Part shown: positions 18,250-24,000 of the stretch, piece by piece
Position numbering within the stretch: position 1 is the stretch's first letter
Layout of the letters: each line of letters opens with the position of its first letter
Assembly (NCBI RefSeq): GCF_014805825.1
Contig: NZ_CP061941.1
Location: forward strand, 2,117,404-2,141,403
DNA length: 24,000 nucleotides
Direction: 5' to 3'
DNA from: Marinomonas algicola
GTDB taxonomy: Bacteria > Pseudomonadota > Gammaproteobacteria > Pseudomonadales > Marinomonadaceae
Translations under genes and position numbers: made by a program
Notes under the pieces: model-generated
Told to the model about the DNA's origin: nothing
Seen by the model: the letters and a program-made list of their open reading frames with translations, nothing else
Database searches by the model: none

Positions 18250-18409
18250 TCATTATCTTCCTAAGTCATTACGAACAATTACTCAAAAGAAAAGTAACTG
18301 TCTCGAATAAATATCAATCTTGTATTTGATCCAATATAACTGACTGGCCACTATATAGCACTGAAGCCTGTTTTATATTACATCATTCTCTGGTGCCACT
18401 AGGCTGTAT

Positions 18410-19216
18410 TTAACCTATTGACTTAAGGGTATTAACAGCCGAGGCACGCTTAAAGTGCCCATAGAAGTTAGCCGCCGTAATCTCTAATAACTCGTCGTAA
18501 CGCACGCCTTTGATATCCGCAATAAATTGCGCGACATCCACCACATACTTAGGCTCGTTTTTCTTTCCTCTATGAGGAATTGGCGCTAAATAAGGAGAGT
18601 CCGTTTCGATTAACAAACGATTTAGCGGTAATTTTTTCACCACCTCTCTTAGCGCTTCGGCATTTCTAAACGTCACAATACCTGAAATGGAAATAAGATA
18701 ATTTTCATCTAAGGCTTGTTTCGCCATTTCATAGGATTCAGTAAAACAATGAAGCACACCACCGGATTCAAGGTTTCCGTATTCTTTAATAAGATTAATA
18801 GTATCCGATCTGGCTTCTCTCGTATGAACAATCACAGGCAAATCAAGTTTGCCAGCCGCGGATAAATGCAACGCAAAACTATCTTGTTGAGATTTATGAA
18901 TCCGTTTGTCCGTTTCGTAATGATAATCCAACCCCGTTTCACCAATGGCGATCACTTTATCAAACTGCGCAAACTCAATTAAGGACTTGTCGTCTACCAA
19001 TAAACCTTCAGTATGCAGAGGATGCACCCCCGCAGACGCGTAAACACCCTCTCTTTTTGTGTATTCCAATAGGCTCGGCAAGCCTTCTAAATCAACAGAA
19101 ATACTCACTAACTGCTTTACGCCAGCACAAGCGGCCGCATTAAGTGCAAGGTTTAAATTTCCGTCATAAGGAGTCAAGTCCAACTTGTCTAGGTGACAAT
19201 GAGTATCGATTAACAT
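18410..19216 (-). CDS. ycfH: TatD-family metal-dependent hydrolase / DNase (YcfH-like)
   Basis: 268-aa ORF beginning MLIDTHCHLD (TatD signature). Later GETGLDYH and HCF motifs. Lies 3 nt after holB, as in the E. coli tmk-holB-ycfH arrangement. Confidence 0.9.
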   Translation of the reverse strand: MLIDTHCHLDKLDLTPYDGNLNLALNAAACAGVKQLVSISVDLEGLPSLLEYTKREGVYASAGVHPLHTEGLLVDDKSLIEFAQFDKVIAIGETGLDYHYETDKRIHKSQQDSFALHLSAAGKLDLPVIVHTREARSDTINLIKEYGNLESGGVLHCFTESYEMAKQALDENYLISISGIVTFRNAEALREVVKKLPLNRLLIETDSPYLAPIPHRGKKNEPKYVVDVAQFIADIKGVRYDELLEITAANFYGHFKRASAVNTLKSIG

Positions 19217-19219
19217 AAA

Positions 19220-20158
19220 TTAGCTAAACCATTTGTTTATTTGATGTTTAAATTGCATTGGTGCATTTAAATTTGTGCGCCCTAAGCTGTCTTTTAATAA
19301 TTGTAATGATTCATAAGTAGACAGCAGCTTATGAACGCCAAATCGTGTAATCATCTTCTCATACAGCGCTGCATGCTCCTCACGGCGATCGCATGAAACA
19401 GAAAAGAGCACACTTTGATGGCATAATGCCTGCGTTGCTTTTATGTAACTCAGTACATTTTTAGTATCTACTCCCTTCAATAAGCTCACTAATGCTGACG
19501 GAGAGTCTATGCAAGCTTGCAGCGAAGCCGGAAAATCAAAATAAAACGCATCTTTACCTGAATCAGTTAGTTCAGCAAGCTCATAAGCCTGCTGGGATAA
19601 CCAAAAAAGCGAGGTAAGGTTTTTATCCGGATAACGTTCAGCAAGCCATTGACTCACTTCTTGTAAAGTTGGGGTTGGCAAATTTACCAAAAGGCAACGA
19701 CTTCGAATCGTTGGCAGTAAACTGGCGGCTTGGAATGCGGTGAGTAAGAAAAAAGTGCCAGAAGGTGGCTCTTCCAATATTTTAAGCAAGGCATTTGAAG
19801 CATTTACATTCATATTTTGTACATGCATCATATGCAATACTTTTGTACTGCCTACTTGGGATTTTTGTGAGACCTGCTTGCTCAATGTGCGGATTTGGTC
19901 CACTTTAATACTGTCATTACGGCCATCTACGCAATAAAAATCAGGGTGCGTATTGGCTTTCATAAGCTCACAAGAATGGCACACACCGCATGCACTTGAT
20001 GAGCGTTCACACATTAAATCAATTGATAATTGTTCGGAGAGTTTTTCTTGACCCGCACCCTGAGGGCCAATAATCAGTATGGCATGAGATAAGGCTTGCG
20101 CTTGCTTTAAGGCAACAAGTTGATGATATTCTTTTTGCAACCATGACGGTAATAACAT
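19220..20158 (-). CDS. holB: DNA polymerase III delta-prime subunit
   Basis: HAILIIGPQGAGQ P-loop-like region, zinc module CERSSSACGVCHSCELMKANTHPDFY, and the SRC motif (TIRSRC). The track start is TTG 20161. ATG 20158 overlaps the tmk TGA stop (TGATG) and is preferred. Confidence 0.9.
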   Translation of the reverse strand: MLLPSWLQKEYHQLVALKQAQALSHAILIIGPQGAGQEKLSEQLSIDLMCERSSSACGVCHSCELMKANTHPDFYCVDGRNDSIKVDQIRTLSKQVSQKSQVGSTKVLHMMHVQNMNVNASNALLKILEEPPSGTFFLLTAFQAASLLPTIRSRCLLVNLPTPTLQEVSQWLAERYPDKNLTSLFWLSQQAYELAELTDSGKDAFYFDFPASLQACIDSPSALVSLLKGVDTKNVLSYIKATQALCHQSVLFSVSCDRREEHAALYEKMITRFGVHKLLSTYESLQLLKDSLGRTNLNAPMQFKHQINKWFS

Positions 20159-20793
20159 CAACGTTTACCAAAATTAAATGTATTGGCGAGCACCCCATCA
20201 ATATGTTCCAGAACCAAATCAAGTGATTGGCTCGCGTCAATTACAGCAAAACGGTCTTTATCCGCTTTCGCTCTTGCCATAAACCCTGATCGAACCCGTT
20301 CGTGGAACAATATTGACTCTTTGTCTAGCCGATTAGCATGCTCCTCTCTTAATTGAACCCTAGATAAACCAATTGTAACGGGCACATCCAATAAAATTGT
20401 CTTATCCGGAAGGCAGTCACTGACCACCCACTCCGCTAAAGCTGAGATTTTTTTTAAATCTCCTTGCCTTGCCACGCCTTGATAAACAAAAGAAGAGTCA
20501 ACAAAACGATCAGAGACAACACAGACACCGGACTCAATAGCAGGCTTAATCTTTTCATTAATATGCTGAGCTCTAGCCGCAAAAACCAACAATAACTCAG
20601 TTAAATCGTGAACCTTCTCGGCTCTTTCGCTGAGAACCAAAGAACGAATTTCTTCGGCCAGAGGTGTTCCTCCAGGTTCCCGAGTGGTGATAAATGGAAT
20701 GCTTTTCTCTTCAAGCCATGACAATATGTAAGAAAGACTGGTCGACTTACCACTTCCTTCACCGCCTTCCAAAGAAATAAATTTACCTTTCAT
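20158..20793 (-). CDS. tmk: thymidylate kinase
   Basis: MKGKFISLEGGEGSGKST P-loop N-terminus and TREPGGT motif. The track ORF starts at 20871, and that extension overlaps the end of mltG. ATG 20793 is preferred. Confidence 0.92.
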   Translation of the reverse strand: MKGKFISLEGGEGSGKSTSLSYILSWLEEKSIPFITTREPGGTPLAEEIRSLVLSERAEKVHDLTELLLVFAARAQHINEKIKPAIESGVCVVSDRFVDSSFVYQGVARQGDLKKISALAEWVVSDCLPDKTILLDVPVTIGLSRVQLREEHANRLDKESILFHERVRSGFMARAKADKDRFAVIDASQSLDLVLEHIDGVLANTFNFGKR

Positions 20794-20815
20794 ATAGTTA
20801 GTAATCCAATCATTC

Positions 20816-21847
20816 TTATTGAGGTGAAGAGGTATAGTCTGCCCGACGCTGATAGCGTTGATACTTAGCAACGGCGTTATTATGCTCTCTTAATGTTCGA
20901 GAAAAAACATGGGTGCCATCACCCTTAGCAACAAAATACAATGCGTCCGTCTCGCCAGGCTTAGCTGCGGCCTCAATGGACTCTTTGCCCACATTCGCAA
21001 TAGGTGTAGGTGGCAAACCAAATATTGTATAGGTGTTATAAGGTGTTTTCTTTCTTAAATGAGCCCGAGTTAGGTTGCCATCAAAGTCACTTCCTAAACC
21101 ATAAATTACCGTTGGATCCGTTTGTAGCCTAATATTACGCTTTAAACGATTCACAAATACCTTAGAAATAATGGGTCTTTCTGACGCATCTCCGGTTTCT
21201 TTCTCAATAATAGACGCTAATATAAGTGCTTCATACGCACTTGCTAAAGGAGTGAATTTATCTTTGCTTGCCCATAAACGCTCAAGCTCCGCCATGAGTT
21301 TTCGATGTGCTCTACGTAAAATAGCCTCGTCTGTATCGCCTTTATAGTACTGATAGGTATCAGCAAAAAAGAGACCTTCAGCATTCGGATACGGCAAATT
21401 TAACTTTCTAGATAGTTCAATATTAGACAAACCACTCAACGTCATGTCCACATTGCCTTTTTGAGCTAAAGTATCAAGAAACTCCTGCGTTGTATTACCT
21501 TCAAGCAACGTTACTTTGTAATGAATAGCATCGCCAGAATCAAGCTTAGCCAACAGATCTAAAATATTCATTTGAGGCGTTATTTCGTACTCACCTACTT
21601 TAGAAACCCAGTGAGGGTTTAATCGAGCGGCTACTCTCATTAACAGAGCGTTATATATCCACCCTCTCGCTTCCATCTGAGAACCTATCCTAGTAGCGGT
21701 GTATCCTGGCTTTACTTCATAAATAATGGGTTCATCAATCATGAGAGGCTGAGTAATTCCATAATACAAACCTCCAGCCAATAAACCCATCAAAGTAATT
21801 GCCATTAATAACAAACGCCACAACCATTTTATTACAGACATGTACAA
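20816..21847 (-). CDS. mltG: endolytic murein transglycosylase MltG (YceG family)
   Basis: 343-aa ORF with an N-terminal TM helix and YceG-like domain blocks (ILASIIEKETG, VFVNRLKRNIRLQTDPTVIYG, YNTYTIFGLPPTPIANVG). Conserved position between pabC and tmk. Confidence 0.92.
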   Translation of the reverse strand: MYMSVIKWLWRLLLMAITLMGLLAGGLYYGITQPLMIDEPIIYEVKPGYTATRIGSQMEARGWIYNALLMRVAARLNPHWVSKVGEYEITPQMNILDLLAKLDSGDAIHYKVTLLEGNTTQEFLDTLAQKGNVDMTLSGLSNIELSRKLNLPYPNAEGLFFADTYQYYKGDTDEAILRRAHRKLMAELERLWASKDKFTPLASAYEALILASIIEKETGDASERPIISKVFVNRLKRNIRLQTDPTVIYGLGSDFDGNLTRAHLRKKTPYNTYTIFGLPPTPIANVGKESIEAAAKPGETDALYFVAKGDGTHVFSRTLREHNNAVAKYQRYQRRADYTSSPQ

Positions 21848-21853
21848 CCTAAC

Positions 21854-22663
21854 TCAATAATTCAATAGGGCTTTGATTTTACGGGTATTCATACCGATTG
21901 GAAACGATTGTCCAATAAAATTCGTAACCGGGACAACCCCCATTAAGCTATTTGTAATAAAAATCTCTTCCGCACTCTCTAATTCTTTTACTCTATATCG
22001 ACCCACTTCAACTGGATGCATCATTTGTCGGCTTATTACTTGACTTCGCATGGTTCCTTGGACACCTCCTTTATCCAATATTGGCGTTTTTAAGACCCCA
22101 TCTTTAAACCAAAAAACATTACTTTGAATACACTCTACCAAATAGTTATTATCATCCAACATAACATCTTCAAAACAACATTCGCTAAGAGCGTTTTTTG
22201 CCATCACATTTTCTAACCTATTGAGATGCTTCATGCCTGCGAGGTAGCGATTCATTGTTGAAGGCACCGACGACACACCAAGAGACACGCCTTTCGATCG
22301 GATTTTTGAGAAATCAGGCGCGGTTGAGGTGGAGACTATGACATTAGGGAGAATATCGTGATTAGGCAAATACCCTCTCCCACCCTCTCCTCGAGTAACA
22401 ATTACTTTAAATACGTGTGGCGTATCATAAGTAAGCGCCAGAGCATTAAGAAACGTAACAAGCTTTTGCTGATCTTCATAATTAAATTGCAACGACAGTT
22501 TAAAACAGCCACGCATTAATCTATTTAGGTGGTCATCTATATTGTGCAGACGTTTGCTTGAGACAAGGATAGTTTCAAATAGACCATCACCGTAAGCGAT
22601 ACTTCTATCCGACAAAGAAATGGATTGACTAGGTGAGTAATTAAGAAATGTAGCCATTAACAC
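21854..22663 (-). CDS. pabC: aminodeoxychorismate lyase (class IV aminotransferase fold)
   Basis: 269-aa ORF. GMKHLNRLENV matches the PLP-lysine region of E. coli PabC (GIKHLNRLEQV). Conserved pabC-mltG-tmk-holB synteny. Start is GTG 22663 or ATG 22657. Confidence 0.85.
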   Translation of the reverse strand: MLMATFLNYSPSQSISLSDRSIAYGDGLFETILVSSKRLHNIDDHLNRLMRGCFKLSLQFNYEDQQKLVTFLNALALTYDTPHVFKVIVTRGEGGRGYLPNHDILPNVIVSTSTAPDFSKIRSKGVSLGVSSVPSTMNRYLAGMKHLNRLENVMAKNALSECCFEDVMLDDNNYLVECIQSNVFWFKDGVLKTPILDKGGVQGTMRSQVISRQMMHPVEVGRYRVKELESAEEIFITNSLMGVVPVTNFIGQSFPIGMNTRKIKALLNY

Positions 22664-22706
22664 GATGCTTTATTTAGTTGCGACAGCTTAGTGTAACGCA
22701 AATAAA

Positions 22707-22782
22707 TGGCGTCCCATAGGGGGTTCGAACCCCTGTTACCGCCGTGAAAGGGCGGTGTCCTAGACCTCTAGACGAATGGGAC
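22707..22782 (-). tRNA. tRNA-Glu (anticodon UUC), CCA encoded; solo copy nearest pabC
   Basis: The reverse complement GTCCCATTCGTCTAGAGGTCTAGGACACCGCCCTTTCACGGCGGTAACAGGGGTTCGAACCCCCTATGGGACGCCA is near-identical to E. coli tRNA-Glu. Cloverleaf with a 7-bp acceptor stem. Confidence 0.95.
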
Positions 22783-22822
22783 GTACGATGCATTTCACAA
22801 ATTGAAATGACTTCTATATAAA

Positions 22823-22898
22823 TGGCGTCCCATAGGGGGTTCGAACCCCTGTTACCGCCGTGAAAGGGCGGTGTCCTAGGCCTCTAGACGAATGGGAC
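22823..22898 (-). tRNA. tRNA-Glu (UUC), D-loop variant copy
   Basis: Same sequence as the other Glu copies except G instead of A at plus-strand position 22880 (D-loop GGCCTAGG versus GGTCTAGG on the tRNA strand). Confidence 0.95.
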
Positions 22899-22961
22899 AC
22901 AACAACCTATTGCTAGGTTTCGATAGCACTAAGCCAATGCTCAACGTTATCAGTAACAAAT

Positions 22962-23036
22962 TGGAGCGGGAAACGAGGCTCGAACTCGCGACCCCAACCT
23001 TGGCAAGGTTGTGCTCTACCACTGAGCTATTCCCGC
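22962..23036 (-). tRNA. tRNA-Gly (anticodon GCC), CCA encoded
   Basis: The reverse complement GCGGGAATAGCTCAGTGGTAGAGCACAACCTTGCCAAGGTTGGGGTCGCGAGTTCGAGCCTCGTTTCCCGCTCCA is near-identical to E. coli tRNA-Gly(GCC). Confidence 0.95.
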
Positions 23037-23073
23037 ATTCACCTTTACCGCCGTAGCCGTAAATCAGTAATAA

Positions 23074-23149
23074 TGGCGTCCCATAGGGGGTTCGAACCCC
23101 TGTTACCGCCGTGAAAGGGCGGTGTCCTAGACCTCTAGACGAATGGGAC
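23074..23149 (-). tRNA. tRNA-Glu (UUC)
   Basis: Identical to the copy at 22707..22782. Confidence 0.95.
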
Positions 23150-23212
23150 GCAACAACCTATTTCTAGGTTTCGATAACACTAAGCCAATGCTTAACGATA
23201 TCAGTAACAAAT

Positions 23213-23287
23213 TGGAGCGGGAAACGAGGCTCGAACTCGCGACCCCAACCTTGGCAAGGTTGTGCTCTACCACTGAGCTATTCCCGC
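23213..23287 (-). tRNA. tRNA-Gly (GCC)
   Basis: Identical to the copy at 22962..23036. Confidence 0.95.
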
Positions 23288-23324
23288 ATTCACTTTTACC
23301 GCCGTAGCCGTAAATCAGTAATAA

Positions 23325-23400
23325 TGGCGTCCCATAGGGGGTTCGAACCCCTGTTACCGCCGTGAAAGGGCGGTGTCCTAGACCTCTAGACGAATGGGAC
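23325..23400 (-). tRNA. tRNA-Glu (UUC)
   Basis: Identical to the copy at 22707..22782. Confidence 0.95.
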
Positions 23401-23463
23401 GCAACAACCTATTTCTAGGTTTCGATAACACTAAGCCAATACTTAACGATATCAGTAACAAAT

Positions 23464-23538
23464 TGGAGCGGGAAACGAGGCTCGAACTCGCGACCCCAAC
23501 CTTGGCAAGGTTGTGCTCTACCACTGAGCTATTCCCGC
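23464..23538 (-). tRNA. tRNA-Gly (GCC)
   Basis: Identical to the copy at 22962..23036. Confidence 0.95.
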
Positions 23539-23575
23539 ATTCACCTTTACCGCCGTAGCTGTAAATGAGTATTAA

Positions 23576-23651
23576 TGGCGTCCCATAGGGGGTTCGAACC
23601 CCTGTTACCGCCGTGAAAGGGCGGTGTCCTAGACCTCTAGACGAATGGGAC
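23576..23651 (-). tRNA. tRNA-Glu (UUC)
   Basis: Identical to the copy at 22707..22782. Confidence 0.95.
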
Positions 23652-23714
23652 GCAACAACCTATTTCTAGGCTTCAACAACATTAAACCAACGTTCAATAT
23701 TATCAGTAACAAAC

Positions 23715-23789
23715 TGGAGCGGGAAACGAGGCTCGAACTCGCGACCCCAACCTTGGCAAGGTTGTGCTCTACCACTGAGCTATTCCCGC
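23715..23789 (-). tRNA. tRNA-Gly (GCC)
   Basis: Identical to the copy at 22962..23036. Confidence 0.95.
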
Positions 23790-23826
23790 ATTCATATTTA
23801 CCGCCGCAGCCGTAAATCAGTAATAA

Positions 23827-23902
23827 TGGCGTCCCATAGGGGGTTCGAACCCCTGTTACCGCCGTGAAAGGGCGGTGTCCTAGACCTCTAGACGAATGGG
23901 AC
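23827..23902 (-). tRNA. tRNA-Glu (UUC)
   Basis: Identical to the copy at 22707..22782. Confidence 0.95.
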
Positions 23903-23965
23903 GCAACAACCTATTTCTAGGTTTCGACAACATCAAACCAACGTTCAATATTATCAGTAACAAAC

Positions 23966-24000
23966 TGGAGCGGGAAACGAGGCTCGAACTCGCGACCCCA
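23966..24000 (-). tRNA. tRNA-Gly (GCC), 3' portion only (truncated by the window edge)
   Basis: The first 35 nt on the plus strand match the 3' part of the other Gly copies. The expected end is about 24040, outside the window. Confidence 0.85.

Larger units (their letters stand above)
22823..24000 (-). repeat. tandem array of a 251-bp tRNA-Glu + tRNA-Gly unit (at least 4.7 units, continues beyond the window)
   Basis: Plus-strand left ends of the Glu copies are 22823, 23074, 23325, 23576 and 23827. Those of the Gly copies are 22962, 23213, 23464, 23715 and 23966. All are spaced exactly 251 bp. Spacers are 63 nt (Glu to Gly) and 37 nt (Gly to Glu). Confidence 0.95.

Noticed and set aside
520-20240. 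About 26 short ORFs (60-111 aa) in the supplied track that lie inside or antisense to the large conserved genes. Examples: 520..804, 639..896, 1157..1342, 1267..1470, 2139..2474, 2980..3252, 3289..3471, 3514..3708, 4820..5008, 5222..5428, 6105..6287, 6908..7147, 6915..7106, 8066..8257, 8205..8426, 8593..8796, 9488..9721, 9757..9972, 9978..10271, 14508..14717, 15412..15624, 17224..17427, 17913..18242, 18113..18310, 19740..19937, 20019..20240.
   Set aside because: Each is fully or largely overlapped by a CDS with clear family signatures in another frame or strand. Their translations are low-complexity or unrecognisable, and none has an independent RBS or terminator context. They are typical shadow ORFs.
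22707-24000. Regular 251-bp periodic repeats as a CRISPR array, or as a tRNA-linked genomic-island integration site.
   Set aside because: The repeats are full-length tRNA genes with cloverleaf structure and encoded CCA, not 25-40 bp CRISPR repeats with unique spacers. No cas genes, integrase, partial tRNA 3'-end duplication (att site) or foreign-looking cargo is present in the window.

Overview
AT-rich (about 40% GC by eye) gammaproteobacterial chromosome that looks like core genome rather than an accessory island. The gene order asd / leuB-leuD-leuC / divergent LysR regulator recalls the Pseudomonas and Oceanospirillales arrangement; that placement is inference. Almost every gene is on the minus strand. 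From left to right: asd (5' fragment), leuB, leuD, leuC, a divergent LysR-type regulator, an HcaT-like MFS transporter, a GH13 alpha-glucosidase, type II NADH dehydrogenase, a YaiI/UPF0178 protein, ETF-ubiquinone oxidoreductase, a long FadE-type acyl-CoA dehydrogenase and an AraC-family regulator. These are followed by a small basic/acidic hypothetical protein, a cytochrome b562-like periplasmic protein, a small exported hypothetical protein and an 813-aa Lon-like protease with a degenerate P-loop. Next comes the conserved pabC-mltG-tmk-holB-tatD operon. The window ends in a tandem tRNA-Glu(UUC)/tRNA-Gly(GCC) array with an exact 251-bp period that runs off the right edge. I found no CRISPR array, transposase, integrase, prophage, toxin-antitoxin pair or recognisable defence-system hallmark, and I cannot honestly nominate a convincing undescribed multi-gene system here. 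The items most worth a second look are the tRNA array (identical tRNA bodies, diverged spacers, no terminator before pabC), the orphan Lon-like protease, the His/Cys-decorated cytochrome b562 homologue and the small bipartite basic/acidic protein. Several ORF-track entries carry spurious N-terminal extensions, so I give revised start codons. All short antisense ORFs inside conserved genes are rejected.
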